Below are positions 1-26,843 of a stretch of DNA of 64,000 nt, one piece after another. Position numbers and translations under genes: made by a program. The notes under the pieces are model-generated. The model searched no databases. It saw nothing but the letters and a program-made list of their open reading frames with translations, and was not told where the DNA came from. How positions within the stretch are numbered: position 1 is the first letter of the stretch; each line of letters starts with the position of its first letter. The DNA comes from Macrostomum lignano (taxonomy: Eukaryota). The DNA is taken from the NCBI GenBank assembly GCA_002269645.1, contig NIVC01000587.1, forward strand, positions 1 to 64,000. Direction: 5' to 3'.

Positions 1-306
1 CGCTTCTTGGATGCCCACGGCGCGGGGCAATTAGTGACAGCCTATGAGGCCGGCGGTGCGAGCGCGGCGCGTCGGCTGCTGCTCAACTCGGTTGCTCCAA
101 AGTTTCTCTACAACGACGGTCGAGGGCGCCTGTTCAGCGGCCGCAGGTTGCTTGCTGGCGCTCGACACTATCTGGCACAGAGAGGAGCTGCAGGCGAAGC
201 TGATGACACTGCAGCCTACCGACTGCTCAGACAGTGTCGCCAGCTGCGCCAACTTCGCGGTTCAGCATCCACCGTTGAAGTTGAGCTTTTCTACGACTAA
301 AAGTGA

Positions 307-338
<32 letters not shown>

Positions 339-341
339 TAG

Positions 342-374
<33 letters not shown>

Positions 375-377
375 TAG

Positions 378-414
<37 letters not shown>

Positions 415-3400
415 TCTGTCTGACCAAAACCTACCCTCAAATCGTCTCCCAGCTAACCAGCCGCAGCACCAGCTGCTCAGCTGAACCAAAGTCAAAGGCT
501 TTGCCGCCGATTCCGTCGCTCCCATCACCGACGCCGATCCTGCTGAAGTTCGATCCTCGCCTCGGCCACGCAGCCTCAGTCTACACTGAATCAACGCGCC
601 ATCTCACCTGCTGGAGCATCGAACACCGAGGCGCATTCGGCGAGACGCTGCTCCACCTGTGCCTCGTCTGCGGCTCCTCTGAGACGCACCGAGCCCTGGC
701 CAGGCTGATGCTGGACTGCTTCCCTTGCATGGCGTTCGACATCTTCATCGGCTTCGAGTACTTTGGTGAGGGAAGCTGCCCCGACAGCTCAATAAGTGGA
801 TGCAGACGCAGAAAGGCAGAAAAGATAGTGAAAATTCTTTATTTGAAGGTGAAAAGCAGTTTTCCACTAGTGCACTAAGTACTTTCTCATTTTAGCTTGC
901 AGTTCTATTCAAGTTGTATACGAGCTGCCCCCACCGATATTCCCTTCCGGTTGCAGGCCAGTCTGCGCTGCACATGGCTGTCATTAACAGGGACTTAGAG
1001 CTCGCCCGCCTGCTGCTGCAGTGCGGCGTCAACATTCATCAGCGCGCGGTTGGGGACTTCTTCCTGCCGGAGGATCTGCGCTGCGATGACCGGGGAGCCG
1101 CGGATACAGCTGCTGAGAGGACCAACTATTCCGGTGGGGATTTTACCCGATGTCCGAGATCATGACCTTATCTAAGACCGAGATCATGACCTTATCTATG
1201 ATTGAAATGATGACCTTATCTAAGACCGAGATTATGACCTTATCTATGACTGAGATTATAACCTTATCTATGACTGAGATCATGACCTTATCTATGACCG
1301 AGATCATGATCTAATCTATGACTGAGATTATGACCCTATCTATGACGGAGATTATTCACTTTATCTATGACTGAGATGACCTTGTCTATAACTGAGATTA
1401 TCACTTTATCTATGACTGAGGTTATGACTGTATCTAAGACTGAGATTATGACCTTTTTTAAGACCGAGATTATGACCTTATCTATGAGTGGCATCATGAC
1501 CTTATCTATGACTGAGACCATGACCTTATCTATGACTTAGATCATGACCTTATCTATGACTGAGATCATGAACTTATCTATTACTGAGGTTATGACCTTA
1601 TCTAAGACCGAGATCATGACCTTATCTATGAGTGGCATCATGACCTTATCTATGACTGAGATTATGACCTTATCAAGACTGAGATCATGACCATGTTCGT
1701 GACTAAGACCATGTATTGAAGCCTATCAATCAATGACTGAGCTAGTAAATTTATTCATCTTAAAGCAACCAACCTACTGACTATATTAATGACCACATTA
1801 TGACCCAGCCCAAAAACTTATTTTTATCAATGTTTGAAGTTATTTTGTACCGGCTTTATCGCCGACGGAGCCAAGGAGCTCATGAAAAAGATCTGCAACT
1901 GTCAATCTGTGCTCAAAGCAAGAACTCCCAACTCTGCAGGCTACTCATACTATGGAGAATATCCCCTATCGTTCGCTGCCAGCACCGGAAACGCAGAACT
2001 GTACGAACTGCTGGCAGACAGAGGCGCAGATCCCAATAGACAGGATCTGCTTGGCAATGCTGTGCTGCACATGCTGGTCATTCATAACAAAACTGTAAGC
2101 TTACGTATTCTTGCCGTTTTTAACTTTAGAATTGCCTGACTGATGATTTACTGTCACGAAGGAGAACAGCTCAAAGGTTAATGCGTCCGACTGCCGCACG
2201 ATAAAGACCCCGAGTTCGATTCCGCGCACGGGGAAGGGGTAGCGGGTGCAGCAGGCCATAGATTGGAAGGGGTGGCGGGTGCAGCAGGCCATAGATCGGA
2301 AGGGGTGGCGGGTGCAGCAGGCCATAGATCGGAAGGGGTGGCAGGTGCAGCAGGCCATAGATCGGAAGGGGTGGCGGGTGCAGCAGGCCATAGATCGGAA
2401 GGGGTGGCGGGTGCAGCAGGCCATAGATTGGAAGGGGTGAGGGTGCAGCAGGCTATAGATCGGAAGGGGTGGCGGGTGCAGCAGGCCATAGATCGGAAGG
2501 GGTGGCGGGTGCAGCAGGCCATAGATTGGAAGGGGTGAGGGTGCAGCAGGCTATAGATCGGAAGGGGTGGCGGGTGCAGCAGGCCATAGATTGGAAGGGG
2601 TGGCGGGTGCAGCAGGCCATAGATCGGAAGGGGTGGCGGGTGCAGCAGGCCATAGATCGGAAGGGGTGGCGGGTGCAGCAGGCCATAGATTGGAAGGGGT
2701 GAGGGTGCAGCAGGTCGATTTCATTCATTTGGGGCAGGTGCACGAAAATCGGGCTTGGGGATTTTATACTTAGACAGACGCAAATCAGTCAACAATGGGA
2801 TGCAAGGCTTACGTTCGCGCCCAAGCCCTGAGGCGCCCCCTGTAATCCTCCTGCCGATGCTCTCTATCCGCACTGAACACTAACAGGAGCTCTACCGCCT
2901 GGCTCTGCGCCACCCGAGCCAGCCGGCCGACCCGCAGCTGCGCAACCTGGCCCGCCTCAACCCGGTGTCCCTGGCCGCCAAGCTGGGCAGGCGCGACGCG
3001 TTCAACGAAATCATCGGCCTCGGCTCCAGCGAGATGTGGCGCTACGGAAACATCACCTGCAGGGTGTTCCCTCTGACCGGCCTGGACACCATCGGGCCGG
3101 ACGGCCGGACAGACTGGGATTCCGCCCTGCTGCACATTATTAATGGGAACAGTGAGCAGCACCTGGACATGCTGGACGAGGGAGTTATTGGCCAACTGCT
3201 GGCTGAGAAGTGGCACAAATATGCCAGGGTAAGATGAAAGCAATTTTGTCCACGGCTAAACTCTGACTTTAAGACAATTTACTGCAGTGACATTTGACTA
3301 CCATTGACAATTTTACTGTCCTACTCATAAAATTAAGATTTGTAGTTATGAATGTTTTTGGGTGAACCAAATGCTCCATCAAAGTGCAGGGGTTATTATT

Positions 3401-6400
3401 GCTGATAGTCAAGTTTCACTGGCAGTGAAATCGCTGGCAGTAAAATTCAGGCAAATGAAATGACGATATCCCATGAACTTGTCTTATTTGTTCTAAAAAT
3501 AGACCAATTGTCCGCAGCTGAATGCACATAGATGTACAGACAATCGGCAACAAACCTCTTACCGTCAGTCGTTATTCTAAAAATAGCCCTCCTAGTGCTG
3601 TTAAGTGTTCGTCTCCTAAATGTACATTGATGTACATGCACTCGTAAACAAACCTCCTACCGTTAGTCGTCATTCTAAAAATAGCCCTCCTAGTGCTGTT
3701 AAGTGTTCGTCTCCTAAATGTACATTGATGTACATGCACTCGTAAACAAACCTCCTACCGTTAGTCGTCATTCTAAAAATAGCCCTCCTAGTGCTGTTAA
3801 GTGTTCGTCTCCTAAATGTACATTGATGTACATGCACTCGTAAACAAACCTCCTACTGTCGTCAGGTTATTCTAAAAATCGCCCTCTTAGAGCGGTTAAG
3901 AGTTTGCTTGGTGTACAAATTGGTGTACAAATTGGTGTACATACGAGCTGAATAGTCATTTTAACGATTCTAAAAATGACTCGTACCAGAGTATATATCT
4001 CTTGACCAAATTTATAATCCAATTATGCTCGTAATTCCTATTCACGCCTGCTCCTCATTTTTCTATCTCAAATTTGCAGTTGCTAAAAGTTTTAGTCTCA
4101 AAGCGACGCAACCCTCTATTTTACCGAGCTTAATAGGTTAATTAAGCAGTCATTTATTGCGTTAATATTTCAGAGTCGTTTTGTCCAACGCCTAATAATG
4201 ATTATACTGCACCTTCTGATAATGACTTTCGCAATCTACATGCGACCGCTGGGCTCGGCAACTGCTAAACAGGGATTAGTGCAAATTGGCGACAATTACA
4301 CAGAGTATAACACCACTGCTGCGCCCACACTACCGGCAAAGATGGTGAGAGAACGAAAATATAGAAATAATTGGCTAGTGTAAAGTAGATTGCCCAGTTT
4401 ACCCAGCTGTACTTCAGCTTACCCAAACAGGTGCCAGCATTAGGTGAGGTAATTAAAGGTGTGTGTGGCGACCCCCCATTCCTTGGACTGAACAGCCGTA
4501 CGCAGCCATCAGATGCGCTGCGCAATAGCTGCGGCTGAGCTGTCGGTTGCACATCTGCCCATTAGTAGATCCCATCCTTCCACAACAGGATCGACTTGTT
4601 TGTTTTTCAGATTTCCGCCAAGGAAGTGTTCAGATACTTTTTCGAGGCCATCACAGTCCTAAATAGCGTAATCACGCTTTTTATGCACATCGACGAGGTC
4701 AGGGAGCAGGGTGTGCTCGACTTTTGCTGCAGCCTGGTATGTTAGGGGTTCAACCGGGGTAATGTCGCTATTAACGGATATGGATGGGGTGGCGGGTGCA
4801 GCAGGCCATAGATTGGAAGGGGTGGTGGGTGCAGCAGGCCATAGATTGGAAGGGGTGGTGGGTGCAGCAGGCCATAGATCGGAAGGGGTGGCGGGTGCAG
4901 CAGGCCATAGATCGGAAGGGGTGGCGGGTGCAGCAGGCTATAGATTGGAAGGGTCGGCGGGTGCAGCAGGCCATAGATTGGAAGGGTCGGCGGGTGCAGC
5001 AGGCCATAGATCGGAAGGGGTGGTGGGTGCAGCAGGCCATAGCTCGGATGGGGTGGCGGGTGCAGCAGGTCATAAGATCGGAAGGGGTGGCGGGCCATAG
5101 CTAGGTACAAGGGTGGTGCAAGGTCCGAACATACAAAGCAATAAATTTTAATGCAAAAAGTAACTTTTCGTGATCCGCACACCTCCCCAGGGCGCCGCTC
5201 CTCCAAGAGCTTCGTTCCTGATATCCTGCCTGTTGATCTCGGCGACTCTGCCATCTCGCGTGCTCAGCTGTTTGTGGATCGAGCAGAAGCAGACGTTTCT
5301 AGTTGCCGAGGAGACCTTGCTAATCATAGCTGTGCCGTGCGCCTGGGGCTACCTGCTGTTCTTTGCTGGGTGAGTTAGCCGGTTTCCTTATTGCTGTGAA
5401 TAGTTTAATATGGTAAACTTGGAAGCAATATACTTGAAACCGTTTCATCAGGGGCACCCAGCTGAATGGCACCTTTGTCACCATGATCTACAAAATGATC
5501 CGAGGCGATATGGCCAGGTTTGGAATAATCTACAGCATCGTTCTGGTGTGCTTCGCGCAGGGTGAGATGATAGATGAATTAGCAATAGTGATTTTATTTA
5601 TCTTTCAGATTATTGTCAGTTACAATCCATGATTGTTGTCAGCTACAAGACATGATTGTTGTCAGCTACAAGACATGATTGTTGTCAGCTACAAGACATG
5701 ATTGTTGTCAGCTACAAGACATGATTGTTGTCAGCTACAAGACATGATTGTTGTCAGCTACAAGACATGATTGTTGTCAGCTACAAGACATGATTTTTAT
5801 CATCTCCCTTTAAGCTTTGACTTTCATCCTTAAAAAGGGGTGAATGCAGTTTATTGTAATAGAACGAACTACATTAATGCGAGTAACAATGCTCCACAAC
5901 CCACCAAAACATTGCAGCCTACTATTTCCTGTTCCAAGACATTGAACAGACCAGCATTACATCATTCAGAGAGCCCCACGTCGCACTAATGACTCTGCTT
6001 CAGATGACCCTGGGAGATTTCAAAGTAAATATCGTTATAAAATAAACATTTAAAAGATTAAACATTGAACCAACTTTTCACCAATTTGCGATGACTAAAA
6101 AAACTTTGTCAATCCACTTTTTCAGTTCACGAAGCATCTAAAGGTGAGAGTTTTTTTTAGATAAAAAACTGAGTGCATCAGCCGTGTCGATCAATAGCTC
6201 CGCATTTATTATCCATCTTTTTTCTTAGGCTTCAGCTCTGCTAACTGAACATACTTGTGTGCTACAAAACGGGGATGGATGTAGAAACACAGACTCGGCA
6301 CTCTGATCAAATATTGATTCATATTTCGTTTGGAGCAAACCCAGTTTTAGCTGGCTGGGCGGCAGGCACGAACGAAGCAGTTTTGTTATCGAGAGATTGC

Positions 6401-9400
6401 TTGAATTATTTAGCCAGCCAGGGGGACCGGCTGTAACAGCTGGTCACGCGCGTATACCAGTTTGAGAGAATTGATCTGGGTTAGTTTGGCTGCAATCTCT
6501 TGCGAGTGTCGAGTCGGATTATTGAGTGACAAGAGTTCGCTGAGGTTTTAATGTATGCAAAGTATATTTAATATTGCTGTTGTATTGTGTTTTGATATGT
6601 AATTTTATGTGACTCGGATGTGCTACATGTACAAACACCGGTTATTCATCTGTGCCACATGTACAAACACCGGTTATTCATCTGTGCCACATGTACAAAC
6701 ACCGGTTATTCATCTGTGCTACATAAACAAACACCGGTGATTAGGGTCTGCCACATGTACAAACACCGGTGATTCGGGTCTGCCAAATGTACAAACACCG
6801 GTGATTTACCTGTGCCACTTGTACGAACACCGTTGATTCATCTGTGCCACATGTACAAACACCGGTTATTCATCTGTGCTGCATGTACAAACACCGGTGA
6901 TTCAGGTCTGCCACATGTACAAACACCGGTTATTCATCTGTGCCACATGTACAAACACCGGTGATTTATCTGTGCCACATGTACAAACACCGGTGATTTA
7001 TCTGTGCCTCGTGTACAAACACCGGTGATTCATTTCAGTACGACGAGTTCAACTACACCCGGTACAAGGAGCTGTCCAAGTTTGTATTCGCCATGTTCAT
7101 GATAATGGGCCCGATTATGCTGCTGAACATGCTCATAGCCATGATGGGCAACACGTACAATCTGGTGAACTCGCGGTCACGAAAGGAATGGATAGCCATG
7201 GTAAAGTTCGCTGTGACATAACAGTTGCACAGGTCTGCTTGACATTCACGTATAACTCAGCTGTCACGAAGGCTTTGTAGAGAATCTTCACATACAGTAG
7301 ACTACATAGTTCACACAGACTACACCAACAGTTCACACAGACTCCCCTAACAGTTCATACAGACTCCACCCAGTTCACACAGACTACACCAACAGTTCAC
7401 ACAGACTCCACTAACAGTTCACACAGACTGCACCAACAGTTCACACAGACAGCAACAACAGTTCACACAGACAGCAACAACAGTTCACACAGACTGCAAC
7501 AACAGTTCACACAGACAGCAACAACAGTTCACACAGACAGCAACAACAGTTCACACAGACTGCAACAACAGTTCACACAGACTACAACAACAGTTCACAC
7601 AGACAGCAACAACAGTTCACACAGACAGCAACAACAGTTCACACAGACTACACCAACAGTTCACACAGACAGCAACAACAGTTCACACAGACAGCAACAA
7701 CAGTTCACACAGACAGCAACAACAGTTCACACAGACAGCAACAACAGTTCACACAGACAGCAACAACAGTTCACACAGACAGCAACAACAGTTCACACAG
7801 ACAGCAACAACAGTTCACACAGACAGCAACAACAGTTCACACAGACTACAACAACAGTTCACACAGACAGCAACAACAGTTCACACAGACTGCACCAACA
7901 GTTCACACAGACTGCACTAACAGTTCACACAGACTACACCAACAGTTCACACAGGCTACAACAACAGTTCACACAGACTGCAACAACAGTTCACACATAC
8001 TGCATTATCACCAGCCGCGCTCACACATTCCAGTGGGCAAAAATCGTGGTTATCCTGGAGCGCAGTTACAGTCCGCATCAGTTGACGGAGTTTCAAAAGC
8101 GCTACTCCGTCAGGCTCAACGTCGGTGGTGGCGGCGTCGACCATGACGACGACGGCGACAGCGGGGGCAGCATCGGCATCATGACCATCTACAGAACCAG
8201 CAAGACTCGAGCTATGCAGCGGCGGATGGCCGTCAGCAACTGGAAGGTGAGAATAATAATCATAATTGCTCGTATTATTAATCAAGTGATCGCCTACTGA
8301 TGAGTAGCACGGAGAGAATGTGAAACGAAAATCATCCGCTTGTTTTTCAGCGGGCCTTCCGGACGGTCCTCCAGCTTATCAGGGACCGCGGCAGCCTCGG
8401 CTTCGGGTCGAACTCTGTAGCAGCGACCGCTTTGACCAGCTATCAGCGACTGCAGCGCGTCCGGCCAACTTGTCCGAGAAAGTCGTCCGTCTGGGCCCAT
8501 TTGCAGGACGCCTACGCTGGGGAGCTGAGACCATCGGAGCTGGCGAGCCGAGTCGGGGCAAAAACCGAAACCAGAACCGAAACCGAAACCGGAACCGGAA
8601 CCAGAGCTGCAACTGAAACCGGAACCAGAACCAGAACCGGAACCGAAACCGAAACCGGAACCAGAGCTGCAACTGAAACCAGAACCAGAACCAGAACCGG
8701 AACCGAAACCGAAACCGGAACCAGAGCTGCAACTGAAACCAGAACCAGAACCGAAACCGGAACCGAAACCGGAACCAGAGCTGCAACTGAAACCAGAACC
8801 AGAACCGGAACCGGAACCGGAACCGAAACCGGAACCAGAGCTGCAACTGAAACCAGAACCAGAACCAGAACCGGAACCGAAACCGAAACCGGAACCAGAG
8901 CTGCAACTGAAACCAGAACCAGAACCGAAACCGGAACCGAAACCGGAACCGAAACCGGAACCAGAGCTGCAACTGAAACCAGAACCAGAACCGGAACCGG
9001 AACCGAAACCGGAACCAGAGCTGCAACTGAAACCAGAACCAGAACCGGAACCGGAACCGAAACCGGAACCAGAGCTGCAACTGAAACCAGAACCAGAACC
9101 GGAACCGGAACCGAAACCGGAACCAGAGCTGCAACTGAAACCAGAACCGGAACCGGAATCAGAACCGAGAAAAGAACCGAAACCGAAACCAGAAAGGGAA
9201 CCGAAACCGAAACGAGAGCTGGAACCGAAACCAGAATCGAAACCGAAACCAGAACCGAAACCGAAACCAGAACCGAAACCAGAGCCGGAACCGGGACCAG
9301 AACCGGAACTGTACCCAACTGCGGAACCGATACGGAAGGCGGGCAGGAGGGCAAGCTGAAGGTCAAGAGCGGCCGCAAAGGAAAGTCGGCCCGCCGTGGC

Positions 9401-9457
9401 AGCTCCAGGATCGCCAGAGCCCGCAGATCTCGGGCGCCATCGCAGCCTGAGATTTGA
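1..9457 (+). CDS. TRPV cation channel, Inactive/OSM-9-like (multi-exon, 5' end outside window)
   Basis: Exons read by hand: <1-146, 181-302 (frame switch, see findings), 481-765, 957-1133, 1940-2094, 2887-3228, 4174-4344, 4611-4736, 5191-5369, 5452-5561, 5918-6024, 7039-7200, 8034-8246, 8351-9457. All junctions are GT-AG with matching phases. Ankyrin motifs ([41 protein letters not shown]), WRYGNITC, six TM segments, pore [11 protein letters not shown]6 [13 protein letters not shown], and TRP-box region EWIAMWAKIVV. Confidence 0.93.
309..420. repeat. (TCTG)n microsatellite
   Basis: Direct reading; lies in a TRPV intron. Confidence 0.95.
1156..1695. repeat. 24-bp minisatellite GAGATCATGACCTTATCTATGACT
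   Basis: About 22 degenerate copies. Confidence 0.92.
2232..2712. repeat. 33-bp G-rich minisatellite GCAGCAGGCCATAGATCGGAAGGGGTGGCGGGT
   Basis: About 14 copies; the same unit occurs at 4783-5100. Confidence 0.95.
3520..3880. repeat. 98-bp tandem repeat, about 3.5 copies
   Basis: CTCGTAAACAAACCTCCTAC recurs at 3641, 3739 and 3837. Confidence 0.9.
4392..4564 (+). mobile_element. Same SINE family, 5'-truncated copy in a TRPV intron
   Basis: GTGTGTGGCGACCCCCC...CTTGGACTGAACAGCCGTACGCAGCC...GCAATAGCTGCGGCTGAGC...GGTTGCACATCTGCC is the reverse complement of 50877-51030. Confidence 0.75.
4783..5100. repeat. 33-bp G-rich minisatellite (second array)
   Basis: About 9-10 copies of the same unit as 2232-2712. 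Confidence 0.95.
5627..5795. repeat. 23-bp minisatellite CATGATTGTTGTCAGCTACAAGA
   Basis: About 7 near-perfect copies. Confidence 0.95.
6620..7032. repeat. 32-bp minisatellite ACATGTACAAACACCGGTTATTCATCTGTGCC
   Basis: About 13 copies running up to the splice acceptor at 7038. Confidence 0.93.
7305..7998. repeat. 22-bp minisatellite ACAGTTCACACAGACAGCAACA
   Basis: About 31 copies. Confidence 0.95.
8564..9310. repeat. Hexamer-based compound repeat (GAAACC/GGAACC/AGAACC with AGAGCTGCAACT spacers) within the TRPV last exon
   Basis: All units are multiples of 3; 10 higher-order blocks marked by RAAT. Confidence 0.95.
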
Positions 9458-9643
9458 GTTGCTGAGCTTTGTCCAATTACAAAATACTTTGCTAGCCTGA
9501 AAATTGTAAATAAACAGATTTTGTAAATTCCAGAGACTCAAGCCGGGTACGAGTAACAGACAGAAAAAAATGTAATATTACTGACGCTGTGAACCTCTAA
9601 TTTCCTTCTTATTTTTTTTATTATAAAGATTAGGGTCAATCGA

Positions 9644-9870
9644 ATGACCCTATGACCAGTGAGAAACCAACACCCGTATGACCCTATGATCAGTGAGAAA
9701 ACAACACCCGTATGACCCTATGATCAGTGAGAAAACAACACCCGTATGACCCTATTACAAGTGAGAAACCAACACCCATATGACTCTATGATCAGTGAGA
9801 AACCAACACCCGAATGACCCTATGACCAGTGAGAAACCAACACCCATATGACCCTATGACCAGTGAGAAA
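9644..9870. repeat. 34-bp minisatellite ATGACCCTATGACCAGTGAGAAACCAACACCCGT
   Basis: About 6.5 copies downstream of the TRPV stop. Confidence 0.92.
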
Positions 9871-10441
9871 TTAAAGATAGACTTGTAATTACATTAAAAA
9901 ATAATCCCAAGAAATTGAGCAAAATTAATTGAACATTTGAAACATGCACACGCCAATATTAAGTAATAAACAAATTGATTTTTCGAGTTCTCAAAGTTCT
10001 CGAGCTTCTCAAAGCTTTAATGTTTTTAATTGGTGTGAAAATTGAACGTAGCATATATATTATAAGATAAATATGGTAAATGTTTCAATTAAATGGATGA
10101 TGCAATTAAATTCTATCTAACAACTTCATGGTTATGTATGGAGTGAGTTTACATACCAGAGCTAGTTCAATTCAATTGTTAATGCTTATAAAACGAATTC
10201 TCAAATGTAAAATATGCATCCAAATGTGATTCGGTGGCATTTCACCGTTTTAAACTACTAATAGTAAACGTTGAAAAATATTTACAAGATATTTTGATCG
10301 ATAAAAAAAGCATTTCCACTAGACCTAAGCGATTCAATATTGGATGCGACGGGAACATTGTTTGATTTTGAGGAAATTCTTGGTGACAAAGCGAGTTACA
10401 TTGAGGTCGTTAAAATACTGCACTGCGGGGATAAGGAAGTT

Positions 10442-11192
10442 GGTACATCAGAGTACATCAGAGTACATCAAAGTACATCAGAGTACATCAAAGTACATCA
10501 GAGTACATCAGAGTACATCAGAGTACATCAAAGTACATCAGAGTACATCAGAGTACATCAGAGTACATCAAAGTGCATCAGAGTACATCAGAGTACATCA
10601 AAGTACATCAAAGTACATCAAAGTACATCAAAGTACATCAGAGTACATCAAAGTACATCAGAGTACATCAGAGTACATCAGAGTACATCAGAGTACATCA
10701 AAGTACATCAAAGTACATCAGAGTACATCAAAGTACATCAGAGTACATCAAAGTACATCAGAGTACATCAGAGTACATCAGAGTACATCAGAGTACATCA
10801 AAGTACATCAGAGTACATCAAAGTACATCAGAGTACATCAGAGTACATCAAAGTACATCAGAGTACATCAGAGTACATCAGAGTACATCAAAGTGCATCA
10901 GAGTACATCAGAGTACATCAAAGTACATCAAAGTACATCAAAGTACATCAAAGTACCTTAGACTACATCAGAGTACATCAGAGTACATCAAAGTGCATCA
11001 GAGTACATCAGAGTACATCAAAGTACATCAAAGTACATCAAAGTACATCAAAGTACCTTAGACTACATCAGAGTACATCAGAGTACATCAAAGTGCATCA
11101 GAGTACATCAGAGTACATCAAAGTACATCCAAGTACATCAAAGTACATCAAAGTACCTTAGACTACATCAGAGTACATCGGAGTACATCAGA
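10442..11192. repeat. 10-bp satellite A(G/A)AGTACATC
   Basis: About 75 copies between the convergent TRPV and Shal 3' ends. Confidence 0.96.
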
Positions 11193-11340
11193 GTGAAAAT
11201 GGACTAACGTTCTTCAAAAAAACGCCCAAACTGAACAAAAATCGTCCATTTGCAGTTCGGGATAAACTTGTTACCATGGCGACCCAGCAAATAAATGCGG
11301 TTGCCAAAGGAATTCCAGGTTAAAAAAGCAATGCATTTTA

Positions 11341-26843
<15,503 letters not shown>

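Noticed and set aside
8297-8330. Hammerhead-like CTGATGA...GAAA in a TRPV intron
   Set aside because: Stem II is poor, and no stem I or stem III with a UH cleavage site can be formed.
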